A stretch of DNA of 33,156 nt from Collodictyon triciliatum (GCA_043381765.1 JBHJMP010000902.1:1-33156); one strand, 5' to 3'; shown: positions 10,452-26,300, counted from the stretch's first letter. Notes: generated by a model not told the origin, from the sequence alone. Program-made: numbers and translations.

Positions 10452-12335
10452 TTAGCGCTTGCTTTCAAGAGCGCGGTTGATGGTGAACTCGTAGAGGAAT
10501 CCGCCCAGACAACCCCCAAAGAGCGGGCCGAAGATGTAGATCCAGAAGCCCCCGTTTGGTCCAGGAATAGCGATCTAAATGATGATAATAATGATAATGA
10601 TGATGATGATAATGATGATGATGATGATGATGATAATGGCGATGATGATAATGATGATGATGATGATGATGATGATGATAATGGCGATGATGATGATGGT
10701 GATGATGAAAGTAGTGACAATGAAAGTAATGATGAAAGGGACAATCAACCTGTCCCCAACCGGCGATAGCAGCAACAATACGAGGCCCAAAGTCACGAGC
10801 GGGATTCCAGCCGGCCTGTGTCAGTGGGGCGTAAATGCTAATCAGCGCGGCCACGGTCATCCCCACCATGTAAGGAACATAGTCTCCATTGGAGATGACT
10901 GTGGATGGGAAGGCAAAGAAGATGGCGTGAGTTGCTGGTATCGTGTACTTCTATTTCTTGTCTCACACATTCTCATTTGGCATTCTATGTTTGGGGGCTG
11001 TGCAGGACAAACTTTTGTTGCGTCGATCTGTCAGAGCAAAGATCATAAAGACAAGGATGGCAGTGCCCCAGGCCTCGATGCAGAATCCTCCAAAGACGCT
11101 GTAAGGGATTCATAAGTGAGTTGTGTGGAGATATTGCGGCGAGGATGAGTTGAAAGGGCCACTTCATGAGTTTGTCGTAGTCGGGGGTGCCGTCGTCAAA
11201 GGAAGGGTTGGGGAAGTATTCTCCAAAAATCATGGCTGTGCGGACAGATTCATCCGAACCGCGCTCGATATCAAACTTCCTGGAGAATAAGAATACACCA
11301 TAGCTCAGAAAATACCAATGACGGCACAGTAAATCACACCAGAATTTAAGAGAAATCCATGAAATAAAATAAACGAATTGAAACAACCAAACCAAAAATA
11401 AACATAATTGAAAACAAACAGAAGCACATTGTAATAAATTGCTTATGAAGCTGCAACCACCCAGATATTGCGCATATGATTCGGTTGAATAAAATACAAA
11501 GGGCCTATTCATACTTTTCGTGGTGTTCAATAAAGTTGGAATAGATGACGTAGTTGGAAAGACCGCCGATGAGGCCACCGAGAAGCTGGGCTGTCTGTTG
11601 TAATTGAGTCCAAGCATAACAAATTTGAGAGAAAAACAAAGTACATGGCTGCGCATATATGTGTAAGGAATATATATATATATATTGCTTACAACCCCAC
11701 AACAATCCTTATTATCATGTCGCATAATTAAGAGCAAACCCAGTAGGCTGGGAGCTTATCCTTTGAAAACTCTGTGGGGCGGTAGATAGCCATGGCCAAG
11801 GAAACCGCAGGGTTGAGATGACCGCCAGAGATTGACCCGGTAAAATGCACAGCAAGAGCAACGCCGAGACCCCAGACAATGGCAACCTGCATGCGCCATA
11901 CGAGTCTGAAAGTGATCGTCACAGTATAATATTCAAAAGAAAAGAGAAAAAAGAGAAAAAAAGAGAAAAAAAGAGAAAAAAAGAGAAAAAAAGAGAAAAG
12001 AGAGAAAAAAAGAAAAAGAAAAAGAAAAAGAAAAAGAAAAAGAAAAAGAAAAAGAAAAAGAAAAAGAAAAAGAAAAAGAAAAAGAAAAAGAAAAAGAAAA
12101 GAGAGAAAAGAAAAAGAACCTGCCACAGGCCCGACTGCGCGCTCATAAGTACGGCTGTGCAGACCGATCCGCCGCCAGTAAGGACGATGAAGAGTGTGCC
12201 AAGAAACTCTGCGACGCACTGCCACCACAGCGGAGGAAGCCCGAGATACATTCGGCCGAGTCGGGTGTCCTGGCGAACAAGTCGGTGCGCAACGCTGCGC
12301 TCCTCGTAAAAGTCGTCCACTTCGGGGCTTGACAT
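10452..12335 (-). CDS. MIP-family aquaglyceroporin (GlpF-like)
   Basis: Spliced exons give AEFLGT, WQVAIVWGLGV, SGGHLNPAVS, AQLLGG, IEAWGTAILVF, APLTQAGWNPARDFGPR...AGWG and FWIYIFGPLFGG, with TAA at 10452-10454. There are two NPA boxes, the second followed by RD (glyceroporin signature). Confidence 0.92.
10579..10736. repeat. Imperfect (ATG/ATA)n microsatellite in the last aquaglyceroporin intron
   Basis: Direct inspection. It lies between the GWGQ|GT and AG|IAIPGP junctions. Confidence 0.95.
11935..12118. repeat. (AAAAAAGAGA)n plus (AAAAAG)n microsatellite in aquaglyceroporin intron 1
   Basis: Direct inspection. Confidence 0.95.
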
Positions 12336-12391
12336 GCGATCGACTGCGCTTTCTGGTTTTTTCCAATGTTTTTTTCTATTTATTATTCTTA

Positions 12392-12465
12392 TTGTTCTTT
12401 TTGTTGTTCTTTTTGTTGTTCTTTTTGTTGTTCTTTTTGTTGTTCTTTTTGTTGTTCCTTTTGTT
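12392..12465. repeat. 12-bp tandem repeat (TTGTTCTTTTTG)n upstream of the aquaglyceroporin
   Basis: About six copies seen directly. Confidence 0.9.
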
Positions 12466-13611
12466 TGGTGTTGATTTTAAGCAGCCCATCAAAAAAAAAA
12501 AGGAGGGAGAAAGAATGCTCTGGGACAGCAGGAATTGGCGTATACGCAAAGGACTGGTGAGTAGGCAAAGAAAAGGACGAATAAGTAATTAAGTAAATAA
12601 AAAAGAACAACGATCGAGAGCACAGTGCAGTCTCTTTCTCGTCGACTCTCGGGACACACTAATGACAGAGACAATAAGCGGGCCAGCCAGGCACACGCGC
12701 GCTTCTTGCCGGTCGGGTTTATGTTTTCCTTTCCGTTTTCTTTTCCCTTCTTTTTTTAATGATTCAGTCTTTCTTGGCTGATCAAACCCGATTGGGCTTC
12801 GTCTTGTGTGTTCGGATGTTTGCGTAATGATACGGTTGATGGAAATGATTCCAATCAAATGATATTGGATAATATACATATATGGGCTGAGATACACATC
12901 AAGCGAATGATTATTTATGGAATTTAATCTATATATTGAATTTTAGATTGCAGCGTGACAAATTCTGCACATGTCTTAATTTTACACATAACCATTATTG
13001 CGTCTATATATACATGTGGATTTCAGCTCGCAACTATCCAAACAGATGTCTTCGGCTTGTGCAACACGCGTATTAGGATGCAACTGTTGTGAAGGGAACA
13101 CATTAACACATTCTTTTTTTTTTTTTTTTTTAACTGCAACGCCAAGCGAATATAACCCACGTCCAGGGGAATCACCCTTTCACGCTCCTCTCGAAATGAG
13201 AAAGGCTTTTGATTCTTGTGTTTTCCCCTCTGGGGCGTGTTCTGTAGCCAGAGCGTGGCAGAGGCTCTTGATTCATCGGGGTTTATAGCTCCACCCAGAC
13301 CTTCTTTCGTAAATACACCCCACAGCCTCTAATGGGACGGCTGTTGCTGTTCTGCTGTTCTGCTGAGCCAAGCAGTGAACATACATTTGAAGAGTATGGG
13401 TAGCCTCATTTTGAGACTGGCGATTCGCATAATCCTTAGGCCAGGAGTGCATGCAGGTTGACTCTCAGGATTGTTTATTGGGTAGGGTTATCCATGGGTC
13501 ATGGAGATTTTTTTTTAAACGCTATGCAAGCAATAAGATAGATAAATAAGAAACAAGACTGGGGTGATTTTCTGAAGGCTGTCCAGGGGAAATTGCGTGC
13601 ATGCCCCGGCA

Positions 13612-16472
13612 TCAGGACAGATTCTCGTCTCTGCTGCTAGAACTTTCTGTCTTTTTCTGGTGTTGCATCGACGAGAAGAGTGGACGTTGTGTTGGATGAA
13701 CCGTTCTCGGGTCGACTAGTGGATTCAACGTTTTCGATTGTTATTATTATTATTAAAAAAAATTTATAAAAAGAAAGCCGAGAGTATAAAGAGTAAAAGA
13801 AAAGTAAATGTGACATCAGAGTCTCACCATGAAATGAGTAGACATGATTCGAATGCGAACTGAGCCATCCATTCCCATCGCCGAGATAGGCCAAAACAGA
13901 CTCTGAAGGAGTCTCGGGAAAATGTTTGCTGGTCTCTGAATATGCAAATCCAGATTGGTGTGCATCACCCGACGACAGCACATTTTCGACTGGTTTGGCG
14001 ATTGTTGCATACGCTGTTGGCTCCTTTTCTTTCCCAGTTTCATCTGCGATACCCATCGTTCTGCATACCATCATAGCTCTGGTGCCTGCCACGAACATTA
14101 AATGATTAACGGCCACTGTTGTATACACACAAATGTAGATTAAAGACATAAATTGTTGCCAAAGTAAAGATTAAGACATCTGCTGTGGCTACTAGACGTA
14201 TAATACTTACGTCTTCGAACCAGAACTTTCTTATGTGAATATGCATACATGGGCTCAGTAAAGCATGTTGCCAAGGCCTTGGTTGGTGCGCTGTCTTCAA
14301 TTAGTGTAACAAGCACACAAAATTCTCTTTCTTGGTGACGGGTGGACGGCTCCGATATTGTTAGTCCTGAGAAAGTGGAGATGCCTGTCTTATCAACACG
14401 GATTATTCTCGAGCCTCCAAATATGCGGTCGGAGCCGTCGAATGGATAGGGTTCCGTCCCGGTTAGCGGGCCAGGTGCATAATATAAATCTGAGCGAATT
14501 GCAAATCTACGGTAATCATATGCCCCATCAAAGCAGTGTACCGTAACTATAAACCCAAAGTTTCTAGGAATCAGGTTTATGAAATATAGGAAATAATAAT
14601 GCGTTAGTTGAAAAAAAAATGTTAAATATATTTGAATTGCTCTGTCTACCAGAATTCAATCCCACAGAGCGTATAGATATTCTTTTCTTCTGATATACAT
14701 TCAAATGGCCATGAAAAAAAATATTGTACTTGGATGAACATTGACCTACCTAACTTCCCGAGTGGTCCTTGTACGAACTTCTCTGGGCGGCTGTGCTGTT
14801 ATTTCTAATCCAAACTTGGATTGGCCAGAAAAAGGAGGCGCCAAAGTGAAATTGATTTCATTGACACTTTGAGAAGTCTCCAGTTGCGACAGAATAGTTC
14901 CCTGTGATTGAGGGCGTGAGTATGATGTTGACACCTCAGACATCATATACACGGGACTATGCTTTGCCGCCTGAGAGTTAGGCGTAGATGGAGACTTCTT
15001 ATCCACTGGGGAACTTGCTTTTGGATTTGCCAGGCTCTGCCCTTCTTGGTCTAGTTCAGATAGGTGACTTTTTGGCGCAATCTCTTGGACGCCAGCGTGA
15101 GTATGAAACGAGACGGGCGGATGAGTTGCTTGAGAATTTTCCACAGGGGATATTCCAGCAACAATATAGTCGTGCTCTTCATGCGCCCCATTCTCAATGT
15201 GGTTGGTTGGAGAAAAAGAATCAAATAAAAGTTGTTCAGTATATCCCTCTGGCTGGTAATACACCTGGCCTTCGAACGAGACAGCTTTTTCCAAGATGAG
15301 CTCGTCCTCCTCTTCCCTTTTCAGCATGAATGGCGGATGCTCCTCGGATTGCCTTGGCTTCATAACGGGATGGTTTTGATTGGGCATTGGTTGGAACAAC
15401 GGCGAAGCACTGTCGAATCCAAAGGACAGAATGCGTGTGGGGAACGCAAGAAGTTCCTTTGGGATGGAGATCTCGTCTTCCAAGTGAAAGTGTGCACGCA
15501 TCAACGGAGATAATAGTCGGTCGATTCTAAATGCATCTGGGTTGACGATTTGATCCTTGTGACACGAGGGGCATTTTTGACAGTCTGGAGATGATTTGCA
15601 CAGACATTCCCAGCAGAACGGATGCCCACATGACAGAATTACAGGATTTTGAAAAGCATGTCCACAAAGAGGGCAGCCGTTAGGTCTTCCAAGAACAGGC
15701 TCGTTGGTCACATGCATAAATAATTGGCTGACGATATCCTCGGCCTGTGAGCAAAACATATTTTCTTGATAATGAATAAATAGATAGCAGCCAAATAGTT
15801 CACTATCCACACAAAATCATATTAAAATATGCATATATAACAACCATTTCTAGATCAGCGCAATTAATTGGATGACACAAAGAGAGAATCCAAGTGCAAC
15901 CAACCACCAATTATTTTTTAAAAGTAAAAATATTAGTCGAAGTATGAAAACAAAATAAAGCAGACCCGCTGAATCATCTCGTAGAGTTGCGGAGAGCAAT
16001 AAAACGGCTGAATGAGCAATATCTCCTGTGGATGAAGAACCTCGTAGTCTTGGATCTGCTTGTTGCGCTTCTTTATAATCTTGACCAGGGCGATATAGTT
16101 CAGGACGGCATATTTGCGCAGATGGTCGAGCGTCTCCACAAACTGGAAGATGGGCAGCAGCAGATCTTGGGCAAAGCCAAAGCCGCTCACCTGCAGCTGC
16201 GCCTCAATCGCTTCCATCTTCCGCTGGCACTCGCCCTCGATCACAAAGTAAAACTGGTTCACCTTTGTAAGCTCAGCGTGCAGCTGTGTCATAAATAGTT
16301 GATGAATCAGCTGGTCGGCTGCGCGGGTCGAAAGCGAGGACGAGCTTGTTGCTACGGCCTGGCGGAAAGGCTCGACCGCCCCAGAGAGCGACTTCTTGAG
16401 GGACTTGTAGTTGACATAGAACGCCTCCCACTCCCGCTTCCCCTCACGCTTCAGATGTTTGCCAAACTTCAT
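13612..16472 (-). CDS. SPX-domain, C3HC4 RING protein with a C-terminal putative Ig-fold (velvet/Rel/STAT/CudA-like) DNA-binding domain
   Basis: Exons 16472-15966, 15744-14750, 14563-14211, 14085-13828 and a less certain last exon ending at TGA 13612. SPX: MKFGKHL, YVNYKSLKK, LNYIALVKIIKKRNK. RING at 15675-15562: CPLC-x11-CGHPFCWEC-x10-CPSC. Exon 3 is absent from the ORF track but is open and in phase. Confidence 0.85.
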
Positions 16473-16507
16473 CCTGGACGGTAATATGGTCACAAAAAAA
16501 TTAAGTG

Positions 16508-16660
16508 AAAAATTAAAAATTAAAAATTAAAAATTAAAAATTAAAAATTAAAAATTAAAAAGAAAAAGAAAAAGAAAAAGAAAAAGAAAAAGAAAAGGAA
16601 AAGGAAAAAGAAAGAGAAGAAAAAGGAAGAGAAGAAAAAGGAAAAAGAAAGAGAAAAGTA
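16508..16660. repeat. (AAAATT)n followed by (AAAAAG)n just upstream of the SPX gene ATG
   Basis: Direct inspection. Confidence 0.9.
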
Positions 16661-16954
16661 AAGAGACGAAAAAAAGTAAGTAAACAACCCATTCCACGGT
16701 ATGCAACAAATGTGTAGACTTTCTCTACCCCACACACTCAGCCACTGTCTGATCTGCACACGCACACACACACACAAACACAGCACGCCCGATCGGCAGA
16801 CACAGAGTCATCAAGGATACAGCGTCAAGCCAAGGAGCGACATACTCAAACCGCTTTATGAGGCGCGGAAGTGAAACGAGATAGCGCGTGAGGGAGGATC
16901 AGGTTGTGGTGTGCTTATGCAAATGATTGAATGTCGACACGACATTTGTGGAGC

Positions 16955-17317
16955 TCATCGAAGAGTCGCAAGGGCATCGGGAACGAGCCAGATGAGTGTG
17001 GCCGTTGTCTGAGGGCCGAGAAGATGCCTCTGTGCCTCTTTGCGGAAGTCGTCCATGTCGCTCCCTTCGAAGGTGTGTGAGTCGCTTGCGTGGCCGGTGT
17101 GGAGCCAGAAGCGAAACGTAGGAATCTACGCAGTATCGATGGGAATGAAAGATAGAAAGAGAGAAAAGGTGTTAAAATTTAACCCAGAATCAGGAATAAG
17201 ATATGATGAAAACAAAAATTATAAAGTTATTGTCTGCTGCCATCAAAGAAAGTCCTCATCAGTCTCTTCTAGCCACATGCCACGGGAGGCAAATATAAGA
17301 ATCGGTTGTGAATATGT

Positions 17318-17364
<47 letters not shown>

Positions 17365-18212
17365 GAGAGAGAGCCTTCAGCTCAATATGTGATAAGAGTT
17401 GCTTCAATTGTACAGCTCACGTATACATAAATAGCAAGAACAATGGAAAATCTGCTTCGTACCCTCTTGTGCGTGTGCCTTCGATAAAATTGAAACAACA
17501 CATCTCCATTTACAATTGTGTTAGAGGGGAACAGCAAGGTTAAAGTGTTATCTACATAATTGCACTGGCGGTGCCCATGGACCTGCAGCGATTTGAACAT
17601 CACAAAACATACCACTTCCATTTGGTTGATGTAAACTATAACACGTATATTGCTCGATGCATGTAATCTTATTTTCAATACCAATGCAGAATACTTTCGT
17701 TCTCCGTTCTTTATTGTTAGTTGTAGATCTGTTCAGAAGTATTAGCACTTTAAGTTAGGCAAATCGACCTGTGTAACTTTTTTTTTTTAAAAAAAAAAAC
17801 CCTTTTTTCGCAGAATATTTTGCTTTATCAATTAGGTCCGTACCATCAGGACTCATGTTGATAAGTATCCCATCAATCTTTATTTTGACCTGAACAACAA
17901 CTCTGTCAACAGCAGGCTTTATCCCAGATTTCAATCTATCAGCATACCATCGAATATATCTTTTTTGACTGGCGATAGTGACTCCCTGCATTTTTTTTGA
18001 AGTGAAGCAAACCCAGATTAAATTCCGAAGAAAGGCATGGTCAACTTGCTTTTCAATTATGCCCAATAATATCATCAAATGGATCTTAATGCATAAAATC
18101 TCGATGGTTAAGATACTTTTCCGTCGTGTGTCCGAGTATTTCCATAGTATGTTATCGCTTGGTCCGGGTCGTCAAAGTTTCCAAGGTGGCAAAGAAGACA
18201 GCATGTCATCGT
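16955..18212 (-). CDS. PTEN/tensin-type phosphatase with C2 domain, 3' part only (5' part lies in or beyond the gap)
   Basis: TMTCCLL...QAITYYGNTRTHDGK|GVTIASQKRYIRWY matches PTEN RTxDxKGVTIPSQRRY. C2 motifs GDVLFQFY and FRFWLHTG are present, with TGA at 16955-16957. The catalytic CX5R loop is not visible. Confidence 0.8.
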
Positions 18213-19040
18213 NNNNNNNNNNNNNNNNNNNNNNNNNNNNNNNNNNNNNNNNNNNNNNNNNNNNNNNNNNNNNNNNNNNNNNNNNNNNNNNNNNNNNNNN
18301 NNNNNNNNNNNNNNNNNNNNNNNNNNNNNNNNNNNNNNNNNNNNNNNNNNNNNNNNNNNNNNNNNNNNNNNNNNNNNNNNNNNNNNNNNNNNNNNNNNNN
18401 NNNNNNNNNNNNNNNNNNNNNNNNNNNNNNNNNNNNNNNNNNNNNNNNNNNNNNNNNNNNNNNNNNNNNNNNNNNNNNNNNNNNNNNNNNNNNNNNNNNN
18501 NNNNNNNNNNNNNNNNNNNNNNNNNNNNNNNNNNNNNNNNNNNNNNNNNNNNNNNNNNNNNNNNNNNNNNNNNNNNNNNNNNNNNNNNNNNNNNNNNNNN
18601 NNNNNNNNNNNNNNNNNNNNNNNNNNNNNNNNNNNNNNNNNNNNNNNNNNNNNNNNNNNNNNNNNNNNNNNNNNNNNNNNNNNNNNNNNNNNNNNNNNNN
18701 NNNNNNNNNNNNNNNNNNNNNNNNNNNNNNNNNNNNNNNNNNNNNNNNNNNNNNNNNNNNNNNNNNNNNNNNNNNNNNNNNNNNNNNNNNNNNNNNNNNN
18801 NNNNNNNNNNNNNNNNNNNNNNNNNNNNNNNNNNNNNNNNNNNNNNNNNNNNNNNNNNNNNNNNNNNNNNNNNNNNNNNNNNNNNNNNNNNNNNNNNNNN
18901 NNNNNNNNNNNNNNNNNNNNNNNNNNNNNNNNNNNNNNNNNNNNNNNNNNNNNNNNNNNNNNNNNNNNNNNNNNNNNNNNNNNNNNNNNNNNNNNNNNNN
19001 NNNNNNNNNNNNNNNNNNNNNNNNNNNNNNNNNNNNNNNN
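18213..19040. other. Assembly gap (N run)
   Basis: Run of N next to an (AAAAAC)n microsatellite. Confidence 1.
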
Positions 19041-19095
19041 AAAACAAAAACAAAAACAAAAACAAAAACAAAAACAAAAACAAAAACAAAAAAAC

Positions 19096-19126
<31 letters not shown>

Positions 19127-19143
19127 CAAAAAACAACAAAAAA
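19041..19143. repeat. (AAAAAC)n/(AAAAC)n microsatellite flanking the gap
   Basis: Direct inspection. Confidence 0.95.
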
Positions 19144-19521
19144 AGGAAATGATTTGACAGTGAAAGACAGGCCTTTGACAGCATTTTGAATCTCGTGGTA
19201 CAAAAGCCTCACTCGACGAGGTCAGTGAGGTTTTCATACACCCTTGTTTAGCGTGTCTTTGCGATCAGTCACAACCAGCGTCACTTGAAAGGCTTTCCCA
19301 CTAAATCGACAGGGAAGCCAAGGTGGATTTGGTTCCATTCCGAAGTTCTGAAAAACGCGGATACATAACTATATGAGACTGAAAGTATCTGGGGGCCTTT
19401 GTCTTTTCCTCTAACAAGGCATTCTTAATGAAACACGCAAACTTGCGCCACACAGATAATCATGGTGATGATATTTAAATAATGAATTTTTTTTTATTTT
19501 TTTTCGAAGGTAACTGCGCTC

Positions 19522-22381
<2,860 letters not shown>

Positions 22382-22783
22382 TTATCAACCAACTTCCCCA
22401 TGCCCTCTGTCCTCCTTGGAGCGATATCCTCTTTCTGCTCTTCCCTCACAATATAAGTGCCAAAAGAGGATTATAAAACTACTTTTGAAACAAAAAAAGT
22501 GTAGCTATGTGTGGATGTCGCATTAGATCACTATTCGGGGTTCGATTAATATCAAGGAGAGCCATGTTTCCCTTCATACAACATATACCATTAAAAAAAA
22601 AAAAAGAACTTGTGGAAACATCTACAGCCTGGGCTCATTGAAATAGGGGCAAAGTAAAACCAGAAGAAAAAAAAAAGACCTACAAATACCAAGATAACAG
22701 AGTACATGAAAACTGCACAAGGTATCAAGAGTATCATCCCATAATCTATGCCACCCAAGACACTCCCCTAAGAAACACAAAAG

Positions 22784-22901
<118 letters not shown>

Positions 22902-23370
22902 TTATCACCAACGCCCTGTCCCCGATGCGACCGGGTCGGGATTGACTGATGCATCTTCGGCGCCAGCCTCCAATCTACCCACACCGTTCATCACACGGAG
23001 GTAGCCTCTGGATCGATTATGCCCTTTATCGCGGCTGCATCTTTGCGACAAACCCGTGAATATCCGCAACACTCAACTCCCACCTTCCTTTTCCGCTTCT
23101 TGACAAACCTCTCCTCGATTTGCCTTGCTGTCGTGTGTTTTCTTCAGCCCTTCCAAATTCCCAGCCAGCCAATGACACATACGTTTCTCCCGCCATCAAA
23201 CAAAATCATACTGCAAAATCGGCGCTGTTGATGCGTACTTTGTTCCTGTCTCACTCGATCGCCTTTGAGTCCGGCTTCACTAAAGACTCGCCAGCCGATA
23301 TTGAATCACTCTGCTGATCGGCCCTGTGGGTAGACTCTGCGTTCTTGGTTAGGGCAAACTACGGAAGGAC

Positions 23371-26300
23371 ATGGCCAGCCAGTCTTCAATCACCTCGCCA
23401 AGGCTGATTCCCGTCGGGCTGTACGAGCGCTTCTTCGACTACTTTGAGAAGCAGCAGCCTTTGCTCAATGATGGATCTGCAGATTTTGGCTCTATCGAGT
23501 CCCCTGAGGACAGTACGCTTCATTATAGTAGAGTCAATCGTCGGCGTGCGATAAATCGGGCCACGATGCTTCGCAATTGGTTCCTTTTGTTACTTTTATT
23601 TTATTTTTTTTATTCTTCCTTTCATTTCATTTTCACCCCCATTAAACATAATTCTGTGTTCAAGAGAATCTCTTTTGGTGAACTAATTATCCATCATTCG
23701 CGTAAGCAATGAACGAACAGTGAATGGAAGGATCAATAATAAATACTTTGAGGTTAATTAGATTTATAAAGTTTATTAATGTAATATCATTTTTGATAAA
23801 TATGTAGGTGCTCTGTCAACCCTGCAATCCCAGCCGACTTTTGGACGCCTTTGCTCGAGAATGGAAAAGCAGGGATCGGAATAGCACTATTTTTTAATTT
23901 CGTAAAGGATTACATGGTCGGATGGTTATTTTTTTCTTGTGAGTAATTTATTTTCTAACAAAATAGAAATAATGCAACATTTGAGTGAAATCCTACATAT
24001 TTTTGTTAAATTTTTCTACGACTATGTTTTTATTAAAAAAATTCATTACAATACAGTGTATGCTTTCTATGCTTTGGTCGAATATTCCAACGGAGAAGGG
24101 CCTTCTTTGAATGACACAAAGTATGACTCTTTGGAAGAAAATCCACCTGAGTTTATGAAAATATCTATATCAAATCTGGGAACCAAACGCGTTAGCCTTG
24201 GACTAATGATTACAGATTTTATTTTCTCTATCCTGTTTATGGCTTTTGTTTACTACCAGAAGAATAGAGAGGTTTGACCATGTCACATAATTTTCTTTGT
24301 TAATACAAAATGATTATAAGTAATAAAAATTATAAAAAAAGGATGACCATCACTAACTTTATCCACATAATTTTAGCACAAGAAAATCGTTAACCTTCAA
24401 ATGAATCGTGTCTCTGCGTCAGACTATTCTTTTCAGATGACCGGTCTTCCGAAATTACCTTACAAGGCCGCTGAATTGACAGATTTTTTCTCAGTGTAAG
24501 TTGAATATACATCAAGAGACACAACCCAGAATTGATAAGTCATCTACGGATATGTGAATGTTATTCATGAGTAATTAGATATACAAACACTAATTATAAT
24601 TAATGTATCTAATTGTCTCCTGTGTGTAATAACTGAAGTTATGGTTCTGTCTGCAATGTTAAAATCATCGTCGATTGTACAACCTTGGTTGATATTCGTC
24701 GAGAGCAGAAAAGTGCAAATTCTGCTCTTGAGCACGCGGTTGCAGCTGAATCCAACAGAAACACGAAGCCTTGGTATTGGGATTTCGTTTACAAGTATGA
24801 CGAAGAAGATCAGCCATCCCGTGTTTTATCGTGCCTACAATATGTTGGTCTCTTTAGAGACTCAAAATATTGGGGACGGAGAATTGAAATCCTCGACAAG
24901 GAATATAACGAAGCCATTCAAAAACCGTAAGCCTATTATGGATTATGTCTTTTTTAAAACAAACCCTGGGAGGTCAATTTGCTGTTTTAATTGTATCCTC
25001 CTTATTAGCTCTCGTTTATTTAACCTAGCTCTACCTATTATTGATAAACGATATATTTTAATCATTGCAGTTCTCAACCCACGGGACGTGCTTTTATCAC
25101 ATTCGATTCTGTGGATGCCACAATCGATTGTAAGGAGGTATACATGAAGAACTCGATTGTGAGGGCGTGTCAGTTGATTTGGTGCTATTCTGGCCCACCG
25201 CGCTTTCGATACAGGTATTACTTTGATGATCTATATGTGCTTTTATATTCTACTCAGCAATATTTAAGCAGCTTTGTTTTTCTCCACCTGGTTTACTTTT
25301 TCAAATATTTCTCAACCATATAGAACAATCAATATCAACGACACACCGGAGCCTCAGGATATCCTCTGGGAAAATCTGGGTTCAATCAGCTTCAAAAAGT
25401 TTTTATACAAGTGCCGTAGTGCCTTTGTGGCCATGGTTTTTGTTATTACAGGAGCTTTGTTGGTGACATCAATTCTCGATGAAGACGTGGCCATCTCCAC
25501 AGGGAACTCTGTGCTTGTTGCCTTCATTATTGCCTCCACGAACTTCGCCATTAATCGTTCATTATACTTTCTTGTTCCTCACGAGCGCCACTATTCCCTC
25601 ACTGGTACACAAACAGGGCTATGCATGAAAATCATTTACTTTTTATTGGCCAATAGCTTACTGACCATCGTCCTGGCTGGACTGATTTCATCCAAAGATG
25701 ATGACAGGAACGAGGACAAGTTTGACCTGGAGTATTTTTGGAAAACACCGGAATACGTCGAAGTTTATAGTTTGGTTATGATTGCTGCATCTGTCGGTCC
25801 AATTCTACGTCGAATTATGCTTCCTGCAGTCCGAAGTTTGCGAGCTAGATTCCTGGACAAAAACTGCTTCACTGAGGCCGATTTCGAAGATATCTACGCA
25901 AACCCCCCTTTCGACCTGGCTGAAGCCTACGCTTATGCTTTCCATTTGATGTTTATGGCGTTGATTCTCAGTCCGGTGATTCCAATTGTCCTCATAATTT
26001 GCTTCTTGGCATTTGTAGTTCACTACTTTGTCTGTCGTTACATGATTCTGCGCGTTAACGGACCGCCTCCACCATATGAAATGAAGCTCGCTTTGCACTT
26101 GGAACGATTTGGGCCGATGTCAGTGGCTCTACACATGCTTGTCTCTTGTATTTGCTTCAGTCTCCAAGGCGTGGACTACAAAGATAGTCTTATTGCGGCT
26201 GCTCTAGAAGGGGACTTTAAGGGGAAGATTTTCTCTCACGATTCTGATGACGAGGATGACTTTCTGTTTTTCTACTGGATTGCCACAGCTGTTGTTTTGC

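Noticed and set aside
12392-12465. Regular short repeats considered as a CRISPR or telomeric array
   Set aside because: Head-to-tail 12-mers with no unique spacers and no cas genes, in an internal eukaryotic context.
9680-12610. ORFs with poly-His, poly-Met, poly-Lys, poly-Phe, FL or CCSF repeats
   Set aside because: They are translations of intronic or intergenic microsatellites; the real exons flank them.
12600-13600. Possible extra gene between the aquaglyceroporin and SPX genes
   Set aside because: No recognisable motifs or consistent exon chain; compatible with UTR and promoter sequence.
15966-17130. Locally GC-rich exons (SPX exon 1, last PTEN-like exon) as a foreign insertion
   Set aside because: They splice in phase to AT-richer exons of the same eukaryotic genes, and no element boundaries are visible.
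13612-18212. PTEN-like and SPX genes as a fused gene or an inositol-signalling cluster
   Set aside because: The PTEN-like frame has its own TGA at 16955 and SPX starts with the canonical N-terminal MKFG. Adjacency alone is not evidence without synteny data.
17978-19237. Five long ORFs of 343-403 aa
   Set aside because: Artefacts of translating the N gap.
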